DNA of 64,000 nt, taken from the sequence record MW749006.1; one strand, given 5' to 3'. Below the pieces are notes generated by a model, which saw only the letters and a list, made by a program, of their open reading frames with translations, ran no database searches and had not been told where the DNA came from. How positions within the stretch are numbered: the stretch's first letter is position 1; each line of letters opens with the position of its first letter. Below, piece by piece: positions 18,570 to 29,711 of the stretch. Both the position numbers and the translations under genes were made by a program.

Positions 18570-21500
18570 ATGGCTGGTAAAAAAGATAAAGACGATATCG
18601 ACAATTTGAATGTGGATTTCGATGAGTTAGGTGACTTTGATAGCGATATAGATTTTGGTGATGATTTAGATTTCGATCGCAAACCAAGTACTAGTGAAGT
18701 GGCTAAAGATCTAGCTAAAGATGCAGGTGGTGGGTTCTTAGACGGACTAGCTAAGAGTACTGCTAAGAAGGTTCTACCTGAGTCTTACGAGTACGGTGTA
18801 CCAGAGGCAATGGATTACGTTGACTTTGGTAAAGAAGTAGTTGGTAAGAATAAGAGTAAGATAGAAAAGAGTTTATATGGTCTAGGTAAAGAAGTAAAAA
18901 AGATACTCCCTTTCCAGAGTACTCTTCTAGAGAACTTCTTAGAGAAACATAGTTCAAACTTTGAGAAACAAAGAGAGCAAAGTGAAGAAGCTATACGTGA
19001 AGCTAGTATAGGTGGTAATCTAAACGCTATCTTCGACAAACAACTAGAGATGCAAAAAGCTCTAGAAACTCGTCGCTCCGCTGAAGACAAAGTAGAATCA
19101 AAAGAACGTCTAGTTACTAATAAACTTCAGACTGATTTACTACGTAACATTGCTAGTTCTTCAGGACAGCAAACAGCATTCACAACTCAAATAGGTAAAG
19201 AGTATTATCGTAAATCTCTAGAGTTACAGTTTAAGACATATTATATTCAAGCTGATATGTTAAAGACTCAACGTGATTACTATCAAGGATTTACTAAACA
19301 GTTTGACACTATTGTAAAGAACACAGGTTTACCTGATTTCGTTAAACTTCATAACACTGAGTTAATCTCAGAGACTATGAAAAGACGAGCTATTGAAAGT
19401 ACTACGAAACGAATCTTTGATAACTCCAAGTTTGTACAAGGAGCTAAGAAAAGAGTTTCTAGTCTAATAGATGATAAGGTAGGTCAGTTAACTGAAAAGG
19501 TTGACCAAATGACAGGTGGTCTTGACATGATGAGTGGTGGTGGTAATCCACTCACACTGATGGCTAGTGTTATGTCTTCGATTGCTGGTAGTTCTTTAGG
19601 AGAGAAAGTATCAGGTAAGATATCGCCTAAGATAAAGGAAAAGATTAAAGACAACAAACTAATAAACACAGGTGGTAACTACTTAGAGTCCCTTGCTAAT
19701 AACCCACAAGCTTTCTTTGAGATGATGAGACAAGGAATAGATCGTAAGAAAGAAGCTTATGAAGGTGAGGAAGGACCTCTTCAATACTTTATGAGTAAGG
19801 TGTTAGGTGGATCTAGTTCTATCTTAGATACTGCTATAGGTGGTAGACAAAAGTTTGAAGTTAAGAACACGTCTAATATCCTAGAGAATAAAGCACCAGC
19901 TATCTTTGATCAGAGAGCACATAGAAGTATAGTAGAAGTCATACCTATGTACTTAAGTAAGATCCTACATCAGAACACTAACTTAACCGGTATGTATGGT
20001 TCAGTAAACGGCGCTCTATTACAAGCTAATAAATTCTCAGCTACCGGTGAGTTGATGTATGACTACAATAACCGTAAGTTAGATTCAAGAGAAAACGTTA
20101 GGAAAGGTATTGTAGATAAAGCATTCGGTTCACGCACTAAGAAAATACATCAAATATCAGCTGGTATGATTAGTAGTACTGTAGGTAATCTTAATAAAGA
20201 TAAGACAAAGAACGCAGATGTTATTAAAGACATTAGTAGTGACAAGTCTAAGAACGTTCTAAACAACTACACAAAGGCAATGAGTGAAGTTGACGGAATG
20301 ACTATGGATTACGATTCCCTAGTTACAACTGCGTTAGATCCTAGTAAACAAACAGAACAAATGAAAAATTACCTTTTAGATAATCCTGAAGTGGTTCGTT
20401 TATTAAAAGTAATTAAAGAGAACACTGAAACTGGTTCTCAACGTAAGAATCTAGACATAACTATTAGTGATGCTACAACTCTATATCCTATCGGTGACAT
20501 CATGAAGATGTTTGGTGAGATAAGTCGAATTGCCGGTTCTAGAGTTCGTAACGTGATCACTGAAGAACAAGCTAAGGTGTTGAGTAAATGCTTCACTACT
20601 TACATGGTAAAAAATGGTATCGGAGTTATATCCTACCACGATGTTATCAGTGGTAAAGTTTTCATTAAAACTATTACCGAGAAAGACTTTGAGAAGATCA
20701 AAGGACCAGTTACTATTCTTATTAGAGAACTTACCAATGTAATTAATTTAGAAGACGCAGTGTTAACTAGTAAAGTTATGTTAGCGTTTACATATGTTAC
20801 TAACGCTATAGCTAACAACACTGACAACAATCCAGAGATCTGGCAAATACTACATGACTATAGTCCAGACTTAGTTAGTGAAGGTACTTTAACATCAGCT
20901 AACTTAGTCGAAGCTAGTTTAGATATACAGAAAGATAACGTTGAGTATGTTAGTGTAGATAAGATACGTAGTATGTCTAAAGCTACAGGTACTACCCTAA
21001 ACGCTGCTAAGACAAGTGGTGTGTTAGCTAGTGTTTCTAAAGATATGTCTGGTGCTGTAACCAACCTTAAAGAAGTTGCTAGTAAAGTTGCAACTGCTGC
21101 TTCTAAAGGTGATATGAAAGGTGCTGGGGATATTCTCAAAGAAGCAGGTAAGCAACTATCAGCTTCTGCTACTGAGAAGTATAACAGACACGCTAGAACT
21201 ATTAAAGGTTACGCGGATGACTTAGCTAACAGTGTTGGTGACTTAGCGAACGGTGCTTTAGATAGTTTACTAGCTAAACAGATTAAAGCTATCAATGGAG
21301 CTATCAACGGTATAGATGAACACATTAAGACTAGCGTAGAAACCAGAGATCAGATTAACTCTCAACTAGAGCAAGTTAAAAAGACTATGGCTAACATATC
21401 TAACAGTGAATCTAGCATTAATGAAACAGATAAAACTATTAGAGAATCTGCTAACAAATATAACTCAGAGATTAAAAGGTTAGAGGCTACTAGAGATGTT

Positions 21501-21662
21501 ATTCTTAACTTAAGAAAACAATTAACCAGTATGCAAGAGTCAGGTTTAGAAGGTAACATTGAACAAACAACTACTAAGATTAGAAACCTAATCAATGGAG
21601 TTAAAGGTCAACTAGAAAGTATAGTAGATCAAAGTAGACTTAACGTGGCAGGTAATGCCTAG
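18570..21662 (+). CDS. Large tail-associated virion protein
   Basis: ATG 18570 after GGGGAG; about 1030 aa helical/coiled-coil protein immediately upstream of the tape measure; KSLELQFKTYYIQAD...KNTGLPDFVK motif. Confidence 0.55.
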   Translation: MAGKKDKDDIDNLNVDFDELGDFDSDIDFGDDLDFDRKPSTSEVAKDLAKDAGGGFLDGLAKSTAKKVLPESYEYGVPEAMDYVDFGKEVVGKNKSKIEKSLYGLGKEVKKILPFQSTLLENFLEKHSSNFEKQREQSEEAIREASIGGNLNAIFDKQLEMQKALETRRSAEDKVESKERLVTNKLQTDLLRNIASSSGQQTAFTTQIGKEYYRKSLELQFKTYYIQADMLKTQRDYYQGFTKQFDTIVKNTGLPDFVKLHNTELISETMKRRAIESTTKRIFDNSKFVQGAKKRVSSLIDDKVGQLTEKVDQMTGGLDMMSGGGNPLTLMASVMSSIAGSSLGEKVSGKISPKIKEKIKDNKLINTGGNYLESLANNPQAFFEMMRQGIDRKKEAYEGEEGPLQYFMSKVLGGSSSILDTAIGGRQKFEVKNTSNILENKAPAIFDQRAHRSIVEVIPMYLSKILHQNTNLTGMYGSVNGALLQANKFSATGELMYDYNNRKLDSRENVRKGIVDKAFGSRTKKIHQISAGMISSTVGNLNKDKTKNADVIKDISSDKSKNVLNNYTKAMSEVDGMTMDYDSLVTTALDPSKQTEQMKNYLLDNPEVVRLLKVIKENTETGSQRKNLDITISDATTLYPIGDIMKMFGEISRIAGSRVRNVITEEQAKVLSKCFTTYMVKNGIGVISYHDVISGKVFIKTITEKDFEKIKGPVTILIRELTNVINLEDAVLTSKVMLAFTYVTNAIANNTDNNPEIWQILHDYSPDLVSEGTLTSANLVEASLDIQKDNVEYVSVDKIRSMSKATGTTLNAAKTSGVLASVSKDMSGAVTNLKEVASKVATAASKGDMKGAGDILKEAGKQLSASATEKYNRHARTIKGYADDLANSVGDLANGALDSLLAKQIKAINGAINGIDEHIKTSVETRDQINSQLEQVKKTMANISNSESSINETDKTIRESANKYNSEIKRLEATRDVILNLRKQLTSMQESGLEGNIEQTTTKIRNLINGVKGQLESIVDQSRLNVAGNA

Positions 21663-21670
21663 GAGTTCAC

Positions 21671-24600
21671 ATGGCTGAATCTATAGAAGAACTTAACAAA
21701 AGTGTTAGGGAGATGGGAGATATCAGTAAAGGTATAAATAAGACAGGGATGGCTATTAGTATCATCTCTGGTCTTATCTCTGGTATGTCCAAAGTCGTAG
21801 ACAAGTTTGATGTTTTCTTGAAGACAAAGGGAATTGATTTTGCTAAAGGAGCTAAGGACTTAAAGAAGGAAGGCGGGAAAGCTTGGCGAGGACTTAAAGG
21901 TAAAGCTAAAGACAGTGGACTTACTGGTCAGTTAGATAAAGCTATAGTGAAAACAGCTGATATCGCTGGACAGATAAAGGACACTTACGCTAGCTACGAC
22001 GAGAACACAGTGGGTCCCCCAAGACCTGGCGAAGAACTTAAACCAACTTTAGGTGTTATAGGTAAGAGTAAGTTAATAGCTGAAGATGCCTTAACTAAAG
22101 GGAAGGATAAACTTAAAGAACTTAAAGAAGAATACTTACCTAAAGATCTTGAAACTAAGGTTACTGAAGAAACTCAAGTTAAACCAAGACAAAGGTTAAT
22201 GAGTAAGAAACAGGAACGTAGGTTAAGGAAACAAACTACCCAAGTAAAACAAGATCCTATTGTAGTTAGTGAAGAGAAACCCTCTGAGGTTGAAACTGAC
22301 TATGTAGAGTTTGATGAGAACTTCTTTGAACAACAAGCAGAGATGTTACGTAAAGGGTTCTTTGACTTTAATAAAGACAGTGAAGGTAAGTCTAAATCAT
22401 CTACACCTGTAGTAGACACAGTAGCTAATGGTCTTTACCAGTTAGGTAAAATCACCACTATGGGTACTGGTCAATTGTCTATGGCTATTGCATCTAACTT
22501 AGAGAAAGCTACTTGGTTTGTCACTAAACATTCTGCTAAACTAGCATGGGGTGTTGCTAAGTGGTCCGGTAAGAAAATTCTAGGTGGGTTAAGTAGTTTA
22601 GGTGGTATGATGTACAGAGGACTTGATAAACTGACATTAGGTTTATTGGGTAAGACAGTTAATAAAGTTAAAGAGAAAGGTAAGCAAGCGTTTAACTACA
22701 TGAAAGAAGTTGGTGGTTCTTTCATGGATGGTTATAGGAAAACTAGAAAGAATAAACTATCACCAGAAACCCCTGAAGTTAAAGCAGGTTTTAAAGAAGC
22801 TTCTAAGGCTTGGGATAAAGGTGAAGGTTTTATTCAGACAGTAGGTAATAACGCTAAATTACCAGAAGAAAATATTGAAGAAGTAAAGAAACCTAAATTA
22901 TCTTTAATGGGTAAACTAAAAGACGCTAAGTCTAAGTTTATAACAGCGGTTAAAAGTGGATCTATTCCTAAAGAAGAAATCAGTGATGTTTCTAAAGAAG
23001 AAGTAGAACCTAAAGTAGTTGTTGAAACCGCAGTAAAGAAACATACCATTTTCGATAACTTAAAGAACGCGTATAATTCTAGAGTTAGTTTATTACCTAA
23101 ACCTTCTATAGTTCCTACTCCTATAGTAGAACCAGAACTAATAGTAGATCCAGTAAAAACAGAAGAACTAGTTAAACCCATTAAGACTTTAAAGGGTAAA
23201 GGGGAATCTAGATTAGGACTACGAAAGTATAAAGACGTATCTCCCTTAAAACATCGCATAGGTAAACCTAGTTTACTTGGTAATAGAACTAGTATCGTTG
23301 ATGAATCTAAACCTACTACCTTTGAAGTTGATCCAAGTAAAGACACAGAGGCTATCTTAGAGCCTAAAGCTATAGAGAAACCCAAGTTCTCCTTTAAAGG
23401 AATGATGGGTGGTATAAAGGATACCTTCTTAGAGGGATATGATTCAGTAGAGTCTATTCAGAAAGCTAAAGAGAGAGAAGCTAAAGAAGGACCTAAAGAG
23501 TCACTAGCTACTCGTTTAGGAACTAAAATAGGAGACATGTCTGTTTCCATAACTAACAGTATAGATAAAGCTACTTTATTTATGACAGAACACGCAGCGA
23601 CTCTAGCGTGGGATGTTGCTAAGTGGTCAGGACAGAAGCTACTAAGTGGTATTAAAGGTCTAGGTGGAATGTTATATTCTAGTCTGGATAAACTGTCTGG
23701 TGGTAGACTGAGTAAGTCTATTGACTATTTAAAGAATAAAGGTAAAGAATTATTAGCTAAAGGAAAAGAGAAAGCTAAGCTTGGTATGTCTAAACTAGGA
23801 TCTATGGTTGGTAACTTAGTAGGTACTGGTAAAGAGAAAGCAGCTGAACTCCTATCTAAAGGTAAAGATAAAGCTAAACAAGGTATACGATACACCGGTG
23901 AAGTAGCTGGTGAATTGGTAGGCAGTTTTAAGAATACTTATGCTGAAGGTAAAGAAGGTAGAGATGAAGCTATAACAAAAGCTAAACAAGATATCTCTAA
24001 CCTTACTGATTCCGGTAAAGAGAAAGGTGTAGAGTTACTAGCTAAAGGTAAAGAGAAACTAGGCACACTTAAAACTGGACTAGGTGGAATGTTATCTAAT
24101 GCTAAAACTTCCCTTGTAGATAAATACAACTCTATAGACACTTCAACAGAAGACTGGACTGTTTCTGAAGAAGAAAGAAAACTATTAAGAGACGTAGAGA
24201 TACAAAAAGAGAAAGACTTAGTTAAGAAAAGAGGACTTAAATCACCAAACAAGTTATCCAAGAAAGGATTACTAGGAATGGTTGGTGGTATCGGTGCTTT
24301 ATCTTTAAGTTCCATGACTAATAAATTCAACTCTAAAGTACCTACTGATCCAGAAGAAGAAGTAACTGACTCTAAAGAAAATGAAGAAGGTGCTGAGAAA
24401 GTATCTTTGAAAGATAGGGTTTCTGGACTTTTTGGGTTTAAGAATAAACCTGAAACTTGGGATGAAGAAGCTGAAGTTAGAGAGCAAAAACGTAAAGATG
24501 AAATCGAAGAAGAAAAGAGAGCTAACAAAGAAAGAGCTAAACCTAAGAAGAAAAGTGATTGGTTAAGTAAGATCTTAGGTGCTGTTGCTGGTGTTGGTAG

Positions 24601-27600
24601 TTTCTTACTTGGTGGATTCAAAGCAGTTATGCTTCCTATAGGTAAAGCTCTTCTACGAGGAACTTTAGGTTTAGCTAAAGGTATAGGTAAACTTGTATGG
24701 CCTGCCGTTAAGTGGTTAAGTAAAGGTCTAGGTAAAGCTACTTGGGCTGTTGCTAAGTGGAGTGCAACCAAACTACTAAGTGGTTCTAAGTTCTTATTCA
24801 AAGGTCTTGGTAAAGGACTAATGATGGGACTTAATAAACTAACTGGTGGATTAGCTAGTAAGATAGTTAGTGGGGTTGGTAAGTCGGTACTTAGTATGGG
24901 TAGTAAACTAGGCGGTCTTTTAAGTAAAGGAGGTTTACTAGGGAAAGCTGGGGGACTACTCTCTAAAGGAGGTAGTTTACTTCGCGGTGGTTTAATGGCT
25001 GCTAAAGCTATTGGTTTTAAAGGTATGGCTATGAAAGCCGGTGCCTTCCTTGGTAAAGCTGCTATCGTTGCTTCCGGTCCAGTTGGTTGGGCTATCGCTG
25101 GCGCAGTTGCAGTAGGTATTGCAGCCTACGCTGGTTATAAACTATATAAGTATCTCAAACGTAATGATCTACGAGAAGACATATATGGTAAACTAACTAG
25201 ACTAAGACTACTACTTTACGGAATCAACGAGACTAATAAAGACTACTTCTCTAAGATGTTTGATTTGGAGATGGAGCTTAAAGATTATCTAGTCGAAAGA
25301 CCTGGTTCTACTTCAGGTGGAACTGTAGCTGACTACGCTCTTAAACCACTAGACGCTGAGTTCACTACTAAAGCACTTAAGATATTAGGGATCGACAGAG
25401 AAGATAAAGTAATGTCTGCTAAGTTAAACGTTTGGTTTGCTAAGCGTTTTGTTCCAGGTTACTTGTCTTTCATGAAAGCTATAAAGGCTGCAGATTCTAA
25501 AATCTATTTAGATGATATTGAAGGTCTAAAACAGGAAGGTTTAGAAACATTCCTCATGAATTATAATATACCTACAAGTATATATCAAATTAAAGAAATA
25601 CCTATTAAAGATAACGAAACGATTTTAGTAACTGAGAATGACATACAAGAACAATTAACAGATATTAAGAATGACATATTAAACAAATCTAAAACACCTA
25701 AAGATATCAATAACAAGATAACAGCTAAAAATAAACAAGTTAAGACTAATAAGCAGAAAGATTTATCCACTAAGAAAACTGTAGAAACAACAGCTCCACC
25801 TATTAAGCCACCTGACATATCTAAAGTAAAAGATCTAGACGGAGAAGCTGAAATAGAGAATGAAGCTAACGCAGTTCAAACTAGTAAAGATAACCTTTCT
25901 AGCTCAGCCAACGCTAAGTTAAATATGGCGGGTGGAGATATGGTTAGAGGATCCCCAGCGTTAGAGGGAATCTCAACTAAACTAGATCCAGCCAAGATAC
26001 TAAGTATGGATCCACAAGTAGTAGAACTCTTTACCGGTATGGCTAAAGAGTACAACATGATAACTGGTAAAAACATCTCAGTTAACGAGGCTTTTAGATC
26101 CTACGAGGATCAAGCTGCACTTCATCGTAAGTATCCAAACAAAGCTGCTCCTCCTGGGAGATCGTTACATGAGTTTGGATTAGCAGTAGATATCAACACT
26201 GTAGATGTTAAAGCACTAGACGAACTTGGGTTATTACGCAAGTACGGTTTTGCTACTTCTGTCGGTGGAGAGACCTGGCACTTAGAACCTATTGGAGTTT
26301 CTTTAAACCCTAACTTAGCTAAAACTGATATGGCTTTCCGTGAGCAAGCTATTAAAGACTCACCTGGTAGAGGTGGATTAGGTTTTGGATTTGCTAACGG
26401 TAAGAAATGGAGTAGAAATATTCCGTTCCAGAAAGCTATATTTGCTAGTAATCCAACTACACCAATTAAGAATCCAGTACCTAATACAACTGAAGCTATT
26501 AATAACGCAGTGTTAGCTACTAATAAAGGTAACACACCACCTGCTAGTACAGTTAAACCAATACAAGTACCTAATAGAATACCTACGGTTAATGACCGAC
26601 CACCAGCTTCGGTTCAAGGTAACAATCCGTTATCTAGTAAAGACTTACTAATGCCACAGGCTAGAAACATTAACACTGGTTCACCAACTAACACTATAGA
26701 CTCATTTGCAGCAGATACTAGATACCGTATGGATGCGGCAGCTATGACTGATATCAATGAGAGTAGTAGTATGGATCCTGTTGCTGCTATTCATCAAGCT
26801 GCTAGTATGTCAGAGATGGATCCTGAGTTGTTAATGACTGTAGCTAAGATTGAATCTGGTTTAGATCCTAATGCTAAGGCTAAGACTAGTTCCGCTACTG
26901 GCTTGTTCCAGTTCATAGCCTCTACTTGGAATGAAATAACTTCTAAGAAAGGTGAGAAGTATGGATTAAAGACAGGAGCTAATATTAGAAACCCTCTACA
27001 TAACGCTTTGATGGGTGCAGAATATCTTAAAGGTATTACTGGTGGATTAAAGCAGTATAACGGTAATGGGTTAAGAGAAGATATTAAAGCATATCTAGGA
27101 CACTTCTTAGGTCCAGGTGGGGCAAGATCTATATTGAAAGCTTACATGGCTAACCCTAATGCTAGCATGGCTAATGCTGTTTCAGCTAAAGTCTTTAATG
27201 CTAACAGAAGTATGTTTACAGGTAAAACCATTGCTCAGTTCATAGCCTCCATTGGTGAGAAATTAGATAGAGCTAAGTCAACACCTGCAACACAATACAA
27301 AGGTGGTCAAGGAAGTACGTTTGTAGCTAACCAGGAAGACTTTACTCCTAAAGATAATCCTGGAATAGCAGAGTCTGGTGTAGGTTCTGAGAGTCCTCAG
27401 GGACAGTCTCAATCTACAAGTGCACCAATGCCTCCTATTAACCAAACAAGTGCCGCTATGAGTCCCTACGGAGCTCCTACTGGTATCAGTGATGTTAATA
27501 TGCAGCAGTCCTCTCCATCTGAAGCAATGTCTCCAGTTCTTAACACAGAGAACATGGAAAACTTACTTGGTCAACAGGTTACACTCCTATCGACTATGGC

Positions 27601-27916
27601 AAGTGTGTTGTCTTCTATTGATGGTAAGATGCCTAATCCAGACGGTACTTACTCAACAGGTAAACCAACTACTAGAAAGATTCAGGATATCCCTAAAGGG
27701 AAACAACCAGACTCTGTTGAGGGTAGATTAAATGACCCCAAACAAAATTATGAATCAAGACCTATGACTGATCAAGAGAAACAAGATGCTAGTGATAGGG
27801 ACAAACGTATGTACGAAAAAAGAAAAGAAATGCTACTTAAGTCAGCGTCTCCTGTATCAGGGAACTCTGTTAGTGTAGCAAGAACTAGTATGAATGTAGA
27901 CGTGTCAAACTACTAA
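21671..27916 (+). CDS. Tape measure/tail lysin (phiKZ gp181-like) with M15 peptidase and lytic transglycosylase domains
   Basis: 2081 aa with Lys/Gly-rich helical repeats; EAFRSYEDQ...AAPPGRSLHEFGLAVDI...ETWHLE (M15/VanY-like); AKIESGLDPNAKAKTSSATGLFQFIASTW...AYLGHFLGPGGA (SLT). Confidence 0.85.
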   Translation: MAESIEELNKSVREMGDISKGINKTGMAISIISGLISGMSKVVDKFDVFLKTKGIDFAKGAKDLKKEGGKAWRGLKGKAKDSGLTGQLDKAIVKTADIAGQIKDTYASYDENTVGPPRPGEELKPTLGVIGKSKLIAEDALTKGKDKLKELKEEYLPKDLETKVTEETQVKPRQRLMSKKQERRLRKQTTQVKQDPIVVSEEKPSEVETDYVEFDENFFEQQAEMLRKGFFDFNKDSEGKSKSSTPVVDTVANGLYQLGKITTMGTGQLSMAIASNLEKATWFVTKHSAKLAWGVAKWSGKKILGGLSSLGGMMYRGLDKLTLGLLGKTVNKVKEKGKQAFNYMKEVGGSFMDGYRKTRKNKLSPETPEVKAGFKEASKAWDKGEGFIQTVGNNAKLPEENIEEVKKPKLSLMGKLKDAKSKFITAVKSGSIPKEEISDVSKEEVEPKVVVETAVKKHTIFDNLKNAYNSRVSLLPKPSIVPTPIVEPELIVDPVKTEELVKPIKTLKGKGESRLGLRKYKDVSPLKHRIGKPSLLGNRTSIVDESKPTTFEVDPSKDTEAILEPKAIEKPKFSFKGMMGGIKDTFLEGYDSVESIQKAKEREAKEGPKESLATRLGTKIGDMSVSITNSIDKATLFMTEHAATLAWDVAKWSGQKLLSGIKGLGGMLYSSLDKLSGGRLSKSIDYLKNKGKELLAKGKEKAKLGMSKLGSMVGNLVGTGKEKAAELLSKGKDKAKQGIRYTGEVAGELVGSFKNTYAEGKEGRDEAITKAKQDISNLTDSGKEKGVELLAKGKEKLGTLKTGLGGMLSNAKTSLVDKYNSIDTSTEDWTVSEEERKLLRDVEIQKEKDLVKKRGLKSPNKLSKKGLLGMVGGIGALSLSSMTNKFNSKVPTDPEEEVTDSKENEEGAEKVSLKDRVSGLFGFKNKPETWDEEAEVREQKRKDEIEEEKRANKERAKPKKKSDWLSKILGAVAGVGSFLLGGFKAVMLPIGKALLRGTLGLAKGIGKLVWPAVKWLSKGLGKATWAVAKWSATKLLSGSKFLFKGLGKGLMMGLNKLTGGLASKIVSGVGKSVLSMGSKLGGLLSKGGLLGKAGGLLSKGGSLLRGGLMAAKAIGFKGMAMKAGAFLGKAAIVASGPVGWAIAGAVAVGIAAYAGYKLYKYLKRNDLREDIYGKLTRLRLLLYGINETNKDYFSKMFDLEMELKDYLVERPGSTSGGTVADYALKPLDAEFTTKALKILGIDREDKVMSAKLNVWFAKRFVPGYLSFMKAIKAADSKIYLDDIEGLKQEGLETFLMNYNIPTSIYQIKEIPIKDNETILVTENDIQEQLTDIKNDILNKSKTPKDINNKITAKNKQVKTNKQKDLSTKKTVETTAPPIKPPDISKVKDLDGEAEIENEANAVQTSKDNLSSSANAKLNMAGGDMVRGSPALEGISTKLDPAKILSMDPQVVELFTGMAKEYNMITGKNISVNEAFRSYEDQAALHRKYPNKAAPPGRSLHEFGLAVDINTVDVKALDELGLLRKYGFATSVGGETWHLEPIGVSLNPNLAKTDMAFREQAIKDSPGRGGLGFGFANGKKWSRNIPFQKAIFASNPTTPIKNPVPNTTEAINNAVLATNKGNTPPASTVKPIQVPNRIPTVNDRPPASVQGNNPLSSKDLLMPQARNINTGSPTNTIDSFAADTRYRMDAAAMTDINESSSMDPVAAIHQAASMSEMDPELLMTVAKIESGLDPNAKAKTSSATGLFQFIASTWNEITSKKGEKYGLKTGANIRNPLHNALMGAEYLKGITGGLKQYNGNGLREDIKAYLGHFLGPGGARSILKAYMANPNASMANAVSAKVFNANRSMFTGKTIAQFIASIGEKLDRAKSTPATQYKGGQGSTFVANQEDFTPKDNPGIAESGVGSESPQGQSQSTSAPMPPINQTSAAMSPYGAPTGISDVNMQQSSPSEAMSPVLNTENMENLLGQQVTLLSTMASVLSSIDGKMPNPDGTYSTGKPTTRKIQDIPKGKQPDSVEGRLNDPKQNYESRPMTDQEKQDASDRDKRMYEKRKEMLLKSASPVSGNSVSVARTSMNVDVSNY

Positions 27917-27922
27917 ACGAGA

Positions 27923-27959
27923 ACAACCCCTCCTCTAGGTGACTAGAGGAGGGAGTTGT
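27923..27959. terminator. Bidirectional terminator
   Basis: ACAACCCCTCCTCTAG-GTGA-CTAGAGGAGGGAGTTGT between convergent genes. Confidence 0.7.
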
Positions 27960-29182
27960 CAATCTTTAACTAGCATGTATAGAACGATGTATATATAAAC
28001 TGCGTTACGTAGATTACGGATTAATCTATCTCCAGGTTCAATCTTATTATGTTTATAGATCATCTTTAATAGTTTATCACCATCGTCTTTTACTTTGTTG
28101 ATATCTAAATCAGTTCCACGAGCATATAAAACATTACCTACGATATGATTAATCACATCTAATAAACTAGTCTTACTGTTTAAGAATACGTTGTTGTTCT
28201 GTAAGTAAGTAACAGTGTTAACTACTACATCGCGAACGAATCCGTAGACAGCATCATTAGCTTTCTTATTCTCCTGTGCGTAGTCAACTATATAACTAAG
28301 TGAATCATACATCTGATTGTTAGACACACTGTTAATGATATCAGTAACTACAGCTATGTATTCTTTCTTGATAAAAGAAGACTTATCTGTAAGAGCTGCA
28401 TCTAACTTATTAATGTAACTAGTGATACCACCTATCTTATCTAGAACAACATCCTCACCAGAAGCATCACTAATGATAGCTCTTTTACTTTGAATGATCT
28501 CATCTGTTTCCATCATAGCAACAAATTCAGAGTAGATAGATTTAAGAGTATCCTTAGATCTACCAAAGAGGTCGGTGATAGCGTTAGGTAAAGCACGATC
28601 ATCATTCATCTTAACTAAGAGTGGTAAGTACTTGTTCTTCAAATATTCTTCACTACGATAAGAAGCATATTCGTTCCAGTTCTTTAACTGTTTAATAATG
28701 TACCGGTTACTCAATCTCTCAGTTAGACTCAAAGCCTTATCTTCAGAGATAGGATAGATCCAGTACATACTAGCTATAAGAACTAAGGTACGATATGTAA
28801 AGTAGTTAAGAATGTCTGTAGCGTATTCTAGTTGCTTCTTCTTATCTAGATCTTTGTTAGATAGGAATCTATGAGCTACGTAGAAACAAACTAAGTTAAT
28901 GTCATCACGTGCTATCTTAAAGTTCTTAGGTATAGAAGTGATGTTCTCAATACCTTTAACTACTACGTCGGTAGGTAGATCAAATAAGTTCTCGTAGAAG
29001 ATGTCTTTATGGTAGTAGGTGTAACTAAAGTAGTGACAACCTATTAAACGTGAACCAAAGAAGTTCTTATGGTCATCTGTAGAAGTAATGAAAGATACGT
29101 TGTTTTGTATGATCTTCTTATGTAGACTAGTATCGAATTTAACATTAGCGAATACTTCGTCTAAAGCTTGTTTAACCTTCAA
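27959..29182 (-). CDS. phiKZ-like virion structural protein
   Basis: 407 aa; FFGSRLIGCH...DDINLVCFYVAHRF...LSNRYIIKQLKNW pattern recalled from conserved jumbo-phage structural proteins. Confidence 0.5.
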   Translation of the reverse strand: MKVKQALDEVFANVKFDTSLHKKIIQNNVSFITSTDDHKNFFGSRLIGCHYFSYTYYHKDIFYENLFDLPTDVVVKGIENITSIPKNFKIARDDINLVCFYVAHRFLSNKDLDKKKQLEYATDILNYFTYRTLVLIASMYWIYPISEDKALSLTERLSNRYIIKQLKNWNEYASYRSEEYLKNKYLPLLVKMNDDRALPNAITDLFGRSKDTLKSIYSEFVAMMETDEIIQSKRAIISDASGEDVVLDKIGGITSYINKLDAALTDKSSFIKKEYIAVVTDIINSVSNNQMYDSLSYIVDYAQENKKANDAVYGFVRDVVVNTVTYLQNNNVFLNSKTSLLDVINHIVGNVLYARGTDLDINKVKDDGDKLLKMIYKHNKIEPGDRLIRNLRNAVYIYIVLYMLVKD

Positions 29183-29633
29183 CGGAAGACTCCTGGAATA
29201 AAGAACTAATGTGTTTAACGAAAGACTCTACACTGTAAAAGACTGTAGGTGTCTTATTAGTTACGTTAGTTAAGAACCATTCTTCTTTCTCAGTGTGGAA
29301 ACCTTCATTACTAATAAGAAGAATATCGTTAGGTGAGACTGAACGTAAAGTTGCAATTGGGTCGTTGTTGATTGACTCAGTAGTAACCACACGTGCTTGT
29401 GGGTTGTTACCTTGTTCTTCTTTATTCTTATCTGCTAGTTGTTGGATAGTTGCACGATTCCCTAATACCTCTAAGAGGGTCTTAGCTACGATCTCAGCTA
29501 CACTTGCATCTACATTGATAGTAACTTGTTGTTCTTCAACAGGAGGAGATGTAGTGCCCTCTGGAGAGCCTTCTGTTGATTGAGGAGCTTCCTCGGTTTT
29601 CTCTTCATACTTCTTTAAGATGAAAGTAGTCAT
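29172..29633 (-). CDS. Hypothetical protein (possible head protein)
   Basis: 153 aa, overlaps the next gene, acidic N-terminus with STE|G. Confidence 0.6.
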   Translation of the reverse strand: MTTFILKKYEEKTEEAPQSTEGSPEGTTSPPVEEQQVTINVDASVAEIVAKTLLEVLGNRATIQQLADKNKEEQGNNPQARVVTTESINNDPIATLRSVSPNDILLISNEGFHTEKEEWFLTNVTNKTPTVFYSVESFVKHISSLFQESSVEG

Positions 29634-29711
29634 GGTTAGTTACCCCTATTGTTAAAAGAATTAGTCAATTGATTAGGTGGATTATACTTTATAGATTAGG
29701 AAGGTTAAGAA

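Noticed and set aside
22834-26535. Long minus-strand ORFs inside the tape-measure gene (e.g. 23938..24801)
   Set aside because: Antisense frames expected from biased codon usage; low-complexity Leu/Ser translations without RBS.
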